NCBI GenBank assembly: GCA_002506365.1
Contig: DAXK01000048.1
Location: forward strand, 18,627 to 82,626
From: an archaeon UBA583
GTDB taxonomy: Archaea > Nanobdellota > Nanobdellia > Woesearchaeales > UBA583
DNA: 64,000 nucleotides
Direction: 5' to 3'
A program made the translations under genes and the position numbers. Shown here piece by piece: positions 36,766 through 45,896 of the stretch (its first letter is position 1; each line of letters begins with the position of its first letter). The notes under the pieces were generated by a model. That model was not told where the DNA came from. It did not search any database and was given only the letters and a program-made list of their open reading frames with translations.

Positions 36766-37071
36766 TTAATCTGAATTAATTTGTTTTACAATTCTAATAT
36801 TATTTTTATCATAAATACAAACATATTCATCAAAAATAATATTAAATGAAGTTAAAGTTCCATACTTCAAATTCCAATCATGTTCAATTAAATCTCTATT
36901 ATTATTAGAAATTCTATAACTTTGATTTTCTAAATTATATAAAATAGGTAATCCATTTTTTTTCAAAATAGATTCAAAATGCATCTCCAATTCAGAACTT
37001 ACACAAAATTCAAAACTCTTAATTTTATTCTCTAAATTATTATTAAATTCTGTTCCAAAATCACAAACCAT
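36766..37071 (-). CDS. hypothetical protein
   Basis: 101-aa ORF with no motif recognised. Confidence 0.35.
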   Translation of the reverse strand: MVCDFGTEFNNNLENKIKSFEFCVSSELEMHFESILKKNGLPILYNLENQSYRISNNNRDLIEHDWNLKYGTLTSFNIIFDEYVCIYDKNNIRIVKQINSD

Positions 37072-37135
37072 ATCCCAATATGGTTTTTAATATATATAAA
37101 TTTGTCGAAAATTAAAATTCATTAAAATTAATAAA

Positions 37136-37493
37136 TTAAAATTCACTATCAATTTTTGGTAACTTTCTATCAACAGCAAATTTATCATTATTTTCACATA
37201 ATGACCCAACAACATCATAAGTAAAATCATTAACATTATTTTCCTTTCCTAAAACAACAATATGATGAACAACCTCCACCAAATCCAACTGAACTTAAAC
37301 TCTTTAAAATATGTGGATTTGGATTAGCCTTAACAGCAAAATATTCTTTAAAACCTCTATTCCAACTAAAAGCATTTTTTAATTTTTTAGCATTTTTAAT
37401 CATAGCCCTTTAATCATAAATATAAAACGGAGTTGAAAACTCCTCGCTAATCTTTTCAATTCTCTCTTTTGTAAACGGTAATACTCTATTCAT
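37136..37493 (-). pseudogene. decayed PLP-dependent (group IV, DapDC/ODC-type) decarboxylase
   Basis: The minus-strand translation is MNRVLPFTKERIEKISEEFSTPFYIYD*RAMIKNAKKLKNAFSWNRGFKEYFAVKANPNPHILKSLSSVGFGG, containing an in-frame TAA. After a frameshift it continues EVVHHIVVLGKENNVNDFTYDVVGSLCENNDKFAVDRKLPKIDSEF*. So the N-terminal PLP-Lys motif and a C-terminal barrel segment are present, and the roughly 250 central residues are missing. Confidence 0.7.
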
Positions 37494-37495
37494 TT

Positions 37496-38443
37496 TTAAT
37501 TCTCATCATAAATATAAAATCCACTCTCGATTAATCTATCAAATTCATTATTAAATAAATTAATTGTGCAATTTTTCTTAAAATAAACTTTTCCATTTTC
37601 AACATAAAAATATTTTTCAATATCTAATTCATTAAATCTAAAAAAATCTAAATTGTCGCAATCAGCAAAAAACTCACCAGCACTAATTTTAGTAATATTT
37701 AAACTCTCAATATCTTCTCTAATAATCACATCATTTAAACTTGTATTCTCATTAAATTTAATATTTACTTCTCCATTAAAAACGCCTTGTGAGATATCAA
37801 AAACATTCAAATTTTCATAATTACACACTTCAAAAATTTGAAAAAACTTTCTAATTGTATTAAATGCAAATTCATCAGCACCAGTAGTTTTATTAGAACC
37901 ACATTCAACAATAAAACTAGGACAAATATCTCTAGTTAAATCCACAAATAAATTTTCATCTCCTCTATTAATAAAAGTAAATTCACAAAATTTTCTTGAA
38001 ACATTAATACTAAACTCATCAGTATTTGAAGTAAAACAATGTTGAATTAAATTTGAACAATTATATGAATGTAAATCTAAAATTCCAACTAAATTTAAAG
38101 ACTGTAAAAATTCATAAATTTCATACGCTTTTAATTCAATTTCACTTGTTGGGTTTTGAGTCCAAATTCTATTAAAATTCACATCAATTAATCTCTCACA
38201 AAATCTAGCAGCATTAACATTCCCAATCATAAAATACACATCACAATTATAATTTTGATTTGAATCTAATTCATTTAAAATCGCATTCAAACCACAAACT
38301 TCATCCCCATGTAAAATAGTTGAAATAAAAACCGCTCTTGAACTATCATTTCCTTTTTTTCTAAAAATTGAAAAATCATCATAATTATTAATTAAATAAT
38401 TTAAATCTTGATTTTCAATTTCCTCAAACTCATAAATATTCAT
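37496..38443 (-). CDS. succinylglutamate desuccinylase/aspartoacylase (AstE/AspA) family zinc hydrolase
   Basis: RAVFISTILHGDEVCGLNAI (His/Glu zinc ligands), ILDLHS, and FIVECGS. Confidence 0.65.
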   Translation of the reverse strand: MNIYEFEEIENQDLNYLINNYDDFSIFRKKGNDSSRAVFISTILHGDEVCGLNAILNELDSNQNYNCDVYFMIGNVNAARFCERLIDVNFNRIWTQNPTSEIELKAYEIYEFLQSLNLVGILDLHSYNCSNLIQHCFTSNTDEFSINVSRKFCEFTFINRGDENLFVDLTRDICPSFIVECGSNKTTGADEFAFNTIRKFFQIFEVCNYENLNVFDISQGVFNGEVNIKFNENTSLNDVIIREDIESLNITKISAGEFFADCDNLDFFRFNELDIEKYFYVENGKVYFKKNCTINLFNNEFDRLIESGFYIYDEN

Positions 38444-38454
38444 TTTAATTTACC

Positions 38455-39633
38455 TCAATTATAATCAAATTCATTTAAAATTTCATCTAAATAATTATTT
38501 GTCCCCATTCTAATTTGCTGTTGCGCTCTAGTCTCCTCAAGTAATGGAATTAAATTTTCAACATAACTAAATGAAACCTCATCTAAATAATCTCTAGCCT
38601 GTGAAATCATCAAATGAGCATAATCTCTTAAATTTCTATCGTCCACTTGACAATTTAAACCAAATCTTCCAGCATTTGAACTCAAAACTTCTAATTCATT
38701 AGTATTAGATGAAATATTTGATAAAACATTATTCCCATCCAAGCAAGATAAAATATGCCCTTCAAGTAATGCACTAACACCTAAATTTTCACCTAATGTG
38801 CAAAGCATATCGCAAGGTCTATATTCAACTCTAATCTCATCATTTGCAAATTTATTTCCGGCTTTATCCTCAGTCCTAGGTCTAATATCAACATATAATT
38901 GTGATTCAACTCCAACAGGATTTCCACGACCACCAAAATGAGTCAAATAATCAATATAATCATCATAAGATTCATAACTTTCAGGAATTCCAAATCCACA
39001 AATTGTATCTTCTAAATTTACATTTCCTTTACCTTCACATCTCTCCCAAATATGTCTTCTACCATTTAAAATAGGATGTCCGCCATTTCTTTCCAAATAG
39101 GAATTAGTATGAACTCTACTATTTTGAAAAACAGGTGAATTTGCTGTTAAAGCAACCATAATTGGAATAGTTGGACGCAAAATATTATTTAAATAAATAA
39201 TTTGTTCAGTCTCACTCATTTCTGAACCAACTAATGAATAATTAACTTGAAAAGCTTGTAATCCCGTTTCCAATTCAACACCCTCACCATTAGCAAAATC
39301 AAACATTTCGTTTGTACTATTTGTGATATTATTTAATCTTTCATTTGGACTAACCAATGGATTAAATTCTAAGGGAAAAGCGCCAACAGATAACAATCTT
39401 GAACCCTCATCTAATCTAGATTGAACCATATTAACATATTCTTTAATATTTGATTCTAATTCTAAATAACTAGTTGACGGATTTGACGCAATTTCAAATT
39501 GGTATGGTCCATATTCATGAGATATATTCTCATGCCCTAAATCTCTTACAATATTATAAACATTTGAATTTGGGTTAAAATTTTCATCAGTTACAAAAAA
39601 TTCTAACTCCAATCCTTTTTTTACACTTATCAT
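38455..39633 (-). CDS. carboxylate-amine ligase, glutamate-cysteine ligase family 2 (YbdK/GCS2-like)
   Basis: GLELEFFVTDENF...YQFEIASNPSTSYLELESNI...LLSVGAFP matches the GCS2 N-terminal pattern (G.E.E, .E....P). Confidence 0.65.
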   Translation of the reverse strand: MISVKKGLELEFFVTDENFNPNSNVYNIVRDLGHENISHEYGPYQFEIASNPSTSYLELESNIKEYVNMVQSRLDEGSRLLSVGAFPLEFNPLVSPNERLNNITNSTNEMFDFANGEGVELETGLQAFQVNYSLVGSEMSETEQIIYLNNILRPTIPIMVALTANSPVFQNSRVHTNSYLERNGGHPILNGRRHIWERCEGKGNVNLEDTICGFGIPESYESYDDYIDYLTHFGGRGNPVGVESQLYVDIRPRTEDKAGNKFANDEIRVEYRPCDMLCTLGENLGVSALLEGHILSCLDGNNVLSNISSNTNELEVLSSNAGRFGLNCQVDDRNLRDYAHLMISQARDYLDEVSFSYVENLIPLLEETRAQQQIRMGTNNYLDEILNEFDYN

Positions 39634-39704
39634 AGTAATAATAAATTATATAAATAATATTAACATAATGTATATTATTATACAAATAATTACAAAACTG
39701 TAAA

Positions 39705-40361
39705 ATGAAACAAATAACTAAACAAGTAGAACAAATTCTATCAAATAAACCGTTTATTCAACAAGGATTACTAAAAGGAATAATGAATGTAGCAGCATTA
39801 AGTGAAGAATTTATACCTGAGATTGAAGCAAATTTAAAGACTAAAATTAATTTTTCATCCGTAAATATGGCAATTAGAAGATATGCTGAAAAATTAGAAA
39901 AAGCTGATTTTAATCAAGTTTATTTTGAAAAAACAACTTCTTTAAACATTAAATCAAATTTAATGGAAATTACAATTTATAAAAATGAAAATGTTCAAAA
40001 TTATATTAAAAAATTATACAAATTAATTAACATGCAATCAGGAGATTTTTTAACAATAACTCAAGGACTTCACGAAGTAATGATAATTTTTGACGAAAAA
40101 TATAAAGAAGAGATAATAGAAATTTTACCTAAAAAAATAATTAAATACTCACAAACAGACATCGCAAGTTTAACAATGAGTATACCACAAACATCAGTAG
40201 ATTCAGTTGGTTTTTATTATACAATAACTAAAACACTAGCTTGGGAAAACGTTCCAATTATTGATATTGTATCAACATACACAGAAATAACAATATTATT
40301 ATCAAGCGAAAATGTAGGTAAATCCTTTGATGTATTAAAAAAATTAATATCAAACAAATAA
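39705..40361 (+). CDS. HTH plus ACT-like domain protein (paralog A)
   Basis: 218 aa. N-terminal NVAALSEEF...SSVNMAIRRYAEKL and C-terminal ACT-like DIVSTYTEITILLSSENVGKSFDVLKKLI. Paralogous to the 41187-41834 product. Confidence 0.45.
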   Translation: MKQITKQVEQILSNKPFIQQGLLKGIMNVAALSEEFIPEIEANLKTKINFSSVNMAIRRYAEKLEKADFNQVYFEKTTSLNIKSNLMEITIYKNENVQNYIKKLYKLINMQSGDFLTITQGLHEVMIIFDEKYKEEIIEILPKKIIKYSQTDIASLTMSIPQTSVDSVGFYYTITKTLAWENVPIIDIVSTYTEITILLSSENVGKSFDVLKKLISNK

Positions 40362-40410
40362 GAAACAAACCTCAAAAAAATCAAAATTTAAAATATTTTT
40401 AATTTTATAT

Positions 40411-41076
40411 TTATTCTAAAATATGATACAAATTTCCTTTAAAATGTTCTTTTGAAATAATTTTAAACCCACAAGATAAAATCAAATTATCTAGTTCATC
40501 TTCATCAAATAAATAATAAAATCTATCTAATTTTTCACCATCTAAATCATAAGTTACACGAACTTTTTTATCATCTCCTTGATCAAATACAAATTTTTTT
40601 TTTTTAATTTGTTTATCTAAAAATTCTTTTTCAGGAAACCAATTAGAAATTAAAATTTTTCCACTTGACTTTAAAATTCTTCTAAATTCAACTAAAGCCT
40701 TTTTTTGTAAATCTACATCTAATAAATGATGAAATGCTGCAATACACACAATAGAATCAAATGAATCTGATTCAATTGGAATATTTGTAAAATCACAACA
40801 AACAGTCCTATAACCCTTTTCACTAACAGTCTTTAACTGTCCTGAAGATATATCTGAACCAACTAAATTACTTTTTAAAAATCCACTCTGCTCTGCTAAT
40901 TGTAAATGACGTCCACCTCCACAACCTAAATCTAAAAATTGTAACTTTTCCTTATCTGAAAAACTCTCAACAAACTCAACTACAGGTTTCCAAAAATATT
41001 GTCTTTTAGTTTCCCAATTCTCACAAATTTTATTATAAGTTTCTTCATTAATTTTAGTATAATTAGTATTTTCCAT
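40411..41076 (-). CDS. class I SAM-dependent methyltransferase, Trm9/ALKBH8-MTase-like
   Basis: FLDLGCGGGRH (motif I). WETKRQYFWKPVVEF, IAAFHHLLDVDLQKKALVEFRRILKSSGKILISNW are collinear with Trm9. Confidence 0.65.
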   Translation of the reverse strand: MENTNYTKINEETYNKICENWETKRQYFWKPVVEFVESFSDKEKLQFLDLGCGGGRHLQLAEQSGFLKSNLVGSDISSGQLKTVSEKGYRTVCCDFTNIPIESDSFDSIVCIAAFHHLLDVDLQKKALVEFRRILKSSGKILISNWFPEKEFLDKQIKKKKFVFDQGDDKKVRVTYDLDGEKLDRFYYLFDEDELDNLILSCGFKIISKEHFKGNLYHILE

Positions 41077-41186
41077 TTTTATTAAATCCTAATAAAATTA
41101 ATTTATATTAATATATAAACTTATTTTACAACTAAAATTAAAATTTATACAAAAATGTTTTAAATAAAACAATTTTACATAATTTT

Positions 41187-41834
41187 ATGTCTAAAACAAA
41201 AACTTCAACTGCTCAACTAGCGATAGAATATGTTAAAAAAAATCCAAGTATCGAAACTTGCCTACAAAATGAATTAATTAATTATTCATCTCTTTCAAGA
41301 TTAATTGCTAAAAAACTTGAACTTAAAAATCAAACTTCTATTGACGCAATCTTAATTTCACTAAGAAGATACCAAAAAGAACTAACTTCAAAAAAAGAAT
41401 CTCAAAAACCAATTGAAAATTTATTAAAAAATTCAGACATTGAAATTAAAAATAAAATTGTAAGATTTGTAGTATCTAAACAAATTGAAATTGAAAAAAT
41501 CTTTGAACTTCAAAAACAAATTAAAACTCAATTTGGATTATTCTATGTATTTGAAGGAAGTGATAATTACACAATAATTACTCAAGAAAAATACTTTGAT
41601 TTATGTTCTGAAAACTTTATAGATAAAATTATTTATTCAGGAAAAGACTTAGCATTTGTAATGATAAATTCTCCTCCAGAAATTGAAGAAATAACTGGAG
41701 TAATATCATATATTACAAGATTATTTTCAGACTATAATGTTAATGCTTTAGAAATATTATCTTTCTGGAAAGATACATTTATTGTAATTGAAAAAAAAGA
41801 TATTCAAAAAGTATTAGAATTTTTAGAATTTTAA
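41187..41834 (+). CDS. HTH plus ACT-like domain protein (paralog B)
   Basis: 215 aa with NYSSLSRLIAKKL...DAILISLRRYQKEL and C-terminal ALEILSFWKDTFIVIEKKDIQKVLEFL. Same architecture as the 39705-40361 product. Confidence 0.45.
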   Translation: MSKTKTSTAQLAIEYVKKNPSIETCLQNELINYSSLSRLIAKKLELKNQTSIDAILISLRRYQKELTSKKESQKPIENLLKNSDIEIKNKIVRFVVSKQIEIEKIFELQKQIKTQFGLFYVFEGSDNYTIITQEKYFDLCSENFIDKIIYSGKDLAFVMINSPPEIEEITGVISYITRLFSDYNVNALEILSFWKDTFIVIEKKDIQKVLEFLEF

Positions 41835-41840
41835 TAATCT

Positions 41841-42797
41841 TTAATTTTTAACATCTAAAAATTTATCTAAAATTGTTAATTTCATTCCCTTAGAAATATC
41901 AAACTCAACATTTGCATAAAGAGGTAAAAATGCGTGTGGAAAATAATGTCCAAACTCATCTATTTTCATAATTGGAAAATCATATTCTTTTAACAAATTA
42001 AAAACAATATCCTCATAATTAATATGGGACTCAGTTTCCTCACCATCAAACTCAAAAATATGTCCAATAACTAAAGCTGATATTTTATCAAAAACTCCAA
42101 CTTGTTTTAATTGCGTAATTCTTGCAATTAAACCTGAAACATCTGGTTTATGATCCTCTAAAAACAAAACCTTTTTATCAAAATCTGGAAAAAAAGGAGT
42201 TCCAAGTAATTTTAAAATTGATTTTGAATTACAACCAACAATTTCTCCAGAAAATTTCATAGAATCATTCTCACGCATAAACTTCCACGGGAAATATGGA
42301 ACAATATCAGATTCACCCTTAAACAATCTTTCTTGAAAAAATTGTTGAGTATATTCATAATCAAACTCTTTTTTATTTCCATACTTAGCATCACACCCAT
42401 GAAAAGTATAAAAACCACACTTTTTAGAAATTGCCATTAACAAAACATCACAATCAGATTTCCCAACAATAATTTTAGGATTTTTAGAAATTAAATCATA
42501 ATCTAAATAAGGTAATAACTCATTACAAGTTTGCCCACCTTGAAATAACCAAATTGCAGAAATATTTGGATCAGAAAACATTTCATTAATATAATCTGCT
42601 CTCTCTTTTGGAGAACTTGAAGATACATTAAATTCATCAGATTTCCCAAAATCTGAACTAAATACAACTTTTAATCCTACTTCTCTCATATATGATACAA
42701 AATTACTAGCTAGTTCTTTATCATCAGAACTTACTTTTTTAGAAGGTGCTACAACTCCAACTGTATCCCCTCTTTTTAATCCATTAACTTTAAGCAT
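41841..42797 (-). CDS. LD-carboxypeptidase (peptidase S66, LdcA/MccF-like)
   Basis: LKRGDTVGVVAPS at the N-terminus, a GKSDCDVLL Ser-nucleophile region, and a C-terminal FGHYFPHAFLP His region. Confidence 0.65.
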   Translation of the reverse strand: MLKVNGLKRGDTVGVVAPSKKVSSDDKELASNFVSYMREVGLKVVFSSDFGKSDEFNVSSSSPKERADYINEMFSDPNISAIWLFQGGQTCNELLPYLDYDLISKNPKIIVGKSDCDVLLMAISKKCGFYTFHGCDAKYGNKKEFDYEYTQQFFQERLFKGESDIVPYFPWKFMRENDSMKFSGEIVGCNSKSILKLLGTPFFPDFDKKVLFLEDHKPDVSGLIARITQLKQVGVFDKISALVIGHIFEFDGEETESHINYEDIVFNLLKEYDFPIMKIDEFGHYFPHAFLPLYANVEFDISKGMKLTILDKFLDVKN

Positions 42798-42878
42798 AAA
42801 AAATTAAATTATCTAAACTTTAAAAATATGATTAATTTAAAACGCAGATTTATAAATTTAAAAAATTAAAATAATTTT

Positions 42879-43295
42879 ATGGACATTTATTTATACCCAC
42901 ATAATGAACTTTTTAAAGAGGATAAATTAAAACAAGTAAGTGAATACTTAAAATCAAGATATTTTATTTTACAAAAAACTGCAGCTTTTTGTGATTCTTC
43001 TGAGTTTTTCATATTAAAAGATACTGAAAAAAGTGAAAACAGAAATAGTTATTGTAGTATTGAATTAATGAAAAATACTATTCAAATTAATTTCCCAGTT
43101 AAAGATGAAGATTTCAAATTACTAGAAAATTTAAAACCAATTAGTTTTGAAAAACATTTTTTTCTCGATACAATGAAATTTATAGTAGAAACATTACATC
43201 CTGAAGAATGGAGCACAAGTTCTATTCCAGCATATGTTGGAATGGTGTATGATTTTCATAATAAAATACTATTCACGCCTAGTAGATATAAATAA
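42879..43295 (+). CDS. hypothetical protein
   Basis: 138-aa ORF with no motif recognised. Confidence 0.4.
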   Translation: MDIYLYPHNELFKEDKLKQVSEYLKSRYFILQKTAAFCDSSEFFILKDTEKSENRNSYCSIELMKNTIQINFPVKDEDFKLLENLKPISFEKHFFLDTMKFIVETLHPEEWSTSSIPAYVGMVYDFHNKILFTPSRYK

Positions 43296-43358
43296 ACATA
43301 ATTATATAATTTATATAATCAATTTATCTTATCTCTTAAAAATTAATTAAATTAATAA

Positions 43359-44114
43359 TTATAAAGTATCAACAAACCAATTAACAACTAACTTATTTGT
43401 TCTCTCTAAATTTAAACCTAAACTATGATTTTCACCTTCAATAATATCAATTTTTTTATTTTCAACTTTTAATAAATTAAATGCATTTTCACTATGTTTA
43501 AATGGAATTACTTTATCTTTTGTTCCATGAATTAAATAACAAGAGATATTAACATTCTCCATAATTTCTTTTTGATCAACATTATGTCTTTCAACCTCCA
43601 TTTTTTCAGAAATATCGTAAACTCTATCATTTTTATCAGTAACTCTCATAAAACCATTTCTATGCATCTCATCAACTTTTTCCTTTCCAAATCTATCCTC
43701 AAACAAATAAGAAATCTTATCTGTAACTGGAGCTAATAAACAAATTGACTTTAATTTTTCTAAACTTTGATTTAAAGTAATAACTCCTCCAAGTGAATGT
43801 CCGCAAACACCAATATTTTGATATCCTTGATACCTCACATACGAAAGTATACATCGAACATCCATAATTCCTGAACTTATAGAAATTTGCTCTGAATCTG
43901 AATCTCCACTCCCTGACAAATCAAAAGAAAACACATTAATATTTTTTTCAACTAACAAATTTGCAAGTTCCACAAATTTACCCTTCCTTTTACGCTCAGA
44001 CATAAAACCATGAACTAATACAACAACTTTATTTTTATTTTTATCACTAGTACAATAAAAATCTCCAACTAAAGTTTTTCCTAAAAGATTTTTAATCTCT
44101 ACAACTTCACTCAT
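43359..44114 (-). CDS. alpha/beta hydrolase
   Basis: The track start is GTG 44126, with ATG at 44114. VVVLVHGF and the nucleophile elbow VCGHSLGG. The C-terminal GENHSL suggests the His. Confidence 0.7.
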   Translation of the reverse strand: MSEVVEIKNLLGKTLVGDFYCTSDKNKNKVVVLVHGFMSERKRKGKFVELANLLVEKNINVFSFDLSGSGDSDSEQISISSGIMDVRCILSYVRYQGYQNIGVCGHSLGGVITLNQSLEKLKSICLLAPVTDKISYLFEDRFGKEKVDEMHRNGFMRVTDKNDRVYDISEKMEVERHNVDQKEIMENVNISCYLIHGTKDKVIPFKHSENAFNLLKVENKKIDIIEGENHSLGLNLERTNKLVVNWFVDTL

Positions 44115-45063
44115 TTTTAACCTCACAACAATTAAAATTTAAATTCTCCAAAATAAAAATAAATTCCTTTAATTTAATTTTATGATCAACTAATTTACAA
44201 ATACTTGGCAAAATTACTAAATCATCAAATAAATTTGAATTATTTTTTTGCATTTTAATTAATGAATAAATAGAATTCAAACCTTCAACAGTGTAATCAA
44301 TTTTTTCTAAACTTGAATTAACATCTCCCTTAACACACACAAGTTCCCCAAACTTAAAATTTCGTGATTCTTCTTGACTTGTAGTCATATACAAATCAGC
44401 TTGTAATAATGGATTAGTTAAACAATTAACAAAATCTCCTCCAAACTTTTCTACAATTGATGAAATTTCACAATAAATTTTACTTGCAACTGAATACTTA
44501 AAATTCAAAGACTCAAACTCACCAAAACTAATACCACAAACAAAAGCTGCAACATTTTTCAAAGCTGAAGTAATTTCAAAACTTAAAATATCACTTGAAT
44601 ATGAACAAATATTTTTACAAAATAATTTTGAAAATTCTTTAGCTACAAAAATATCAAATCCTGAAATATTTAATCTTGTAATATTTGGATTAATCATAAT
44701 CTCACTTGCAAACCCAGGCCCTGCCAAATAACAAATATTATCTTTATCAAAATATTCTCTAAACAAAGAACTTAACAATTTTCCATCACTAGAAAATCCT
44801 TTAGTTCCGATTAAAACTTTTTGACTTTCCTTAAAAAAACACACATATTGTTTCAAAAAATCAAAAATAAACATACTTGGAATTGCAAAAACTAAATAAT
44901 CACAATTCAAAACTTTTTCAATTGAAGAAAAATTAGAAATATCTTTTTTCTCAACATCCCAAATTAAAACATCATTATTTTTATTTAAACACAATAACTT
45001 ATTCAAAGCTGCTCCATAAGCTCCAGCTCCAATAATTCCGATTTTTTTTTTAGACATACTCAT
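44107..45063 (-). CDS. gpsA: NAD(P)H-dependent sn-glycerol-3-phosphate dehydrogenase (GpsA-like)
   Basis: KIGIIGAGAYGAAL (Rossmann), LAGPGFASEI, SALKNVAAFVCGISFG, DLYMTTSQEESRNFKFG and YTVEGLNS are collinear with E. coli GpsA motifs (ISGPTFAKE, AVKNVIAIGAG, DLVLTCTDNQSRNRRFG, VVEGYRN). Confidence 0.7.
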   Translation of the reverse strand: MSMSKKKIGIIGAGAYGAALNKLLCLNKNNDVLIWDVEKKDISNFSSIEKVLNCDYLVFAIPSMFIFDFLKQYVCFFKESQKVLIGTKGFSSDGKLLSSLFREYFDKDNICYLAGPGFASEIMINPNITRLNISGFDIFVAKEFSKLFCKNICSYSSDILSFEITSALKNVAAFVCGISFGEFESLNFKYSVASKIYCEISSIVEKFGGDFVNCLTNPLLQADLYMTTSQEESRNFKFGELVCVKGDVNSSLEKIDYTVEGLNSIYSLIKMQKNNSNLFDDLVILPSICKLVDHKIKLKEFIFILENLNFNCCEVKNE

Positions 45064-45067
45064 TTAT

Positions 45068-45811
45068 CTACTCAAACCCTAATAACTTTTTCTTTTCACT
45101 CAAATAAAAATTTAATAAATAATCTAAATTAACAATATCCTCTTCATTATACTTTAATAAAATTCTTAAAGCTTCCTGGTCACCATTTCTATATCTTCGC
45201 CATAACCTAACGGCCTCACGACCATCAACATCCGCAACTTCACCATCACGCACAATTCCAAGTTCACGCTCAATTTTTTTTAATCCTCCAGCATAACCTA
45301 ACTCTTTTAATAAAAATCTTAAATCAAAATGAACAAAATCAAACTTTTCACCAGATTTTTGTTCAATAAAAGGCATATCAAACTGCTTTCCATTAAAAGT
45401 TACAACTGTATCAAATTCCTTTAACTTTTCAAATCCTTTCTCCATATCCTTATCGTGGATATAAATATGTGGAGTCTCACCATCATAAATTCCTAAAACT
45501 GTTAAAGTATCAGTCCACCTAGATAAACCAGTAGTTTCAATATCTACAAAACAAATTTTCCCTAATTTTTTTAATCTCCAATGTTCATTTAACTTCAATT
45601 TATCAGCAAAATATTTCAAATTATTTTCACCTAAATGTTGTCTAGAAAATGCAATTTCATTTCTAATTGTAGCCTTTTTTTTCTCAGGTATAAAATCAAT
45701 AGAATCATAATTATCAACATAATCTTGCCAAGACTTAATTCCATTCTCCCACAACTTTTTTTCCGTATTTTCTGATACTCCATCAATATGTACAAAAGTA
45801 TTTTCAATCAT
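45068..45811 (-). CDS. RNase H-fold 3'-5' exonuclease (YprB/PolB-exo-like)
   Basis: The track start is TTG 45823, with ATG at 45811. ICFVDIETTGLS (DxE motif), VVTFNGKQFDMPF, and a C-terminal YNEEDIVNL. Confidence 0.6.
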   Translation of the reverse strand: MIENTFVHIDGVSENTEKKLWENGIKSWQDYVDNYDSIDFIPEKKKATIRNEIAFSRQHLGENNLKYFADKLKLNEHWRLKKLGKICFVDIETTGLSRWTDTLTVLGIYDGETPHIYIHDKDMEKGFEKLKEFDTVVTFNGKQFDMPFIEQKSGEKFDFVHFDLRFLLKELGYAGGLKKIERELGIVRDGEVADVDGREAVRLWRRYRNGDQEALRILLKYNEEDIVNLDYLLNFYLSEKKKLLGFE

Positions 45812-45896
45812 AAATAAAATCAAATCTATTGTCTTTAAAAGTATTAGTTACCCATAATTTCAAAACACTTATAAACCTAAAAAACACATAAAAACT

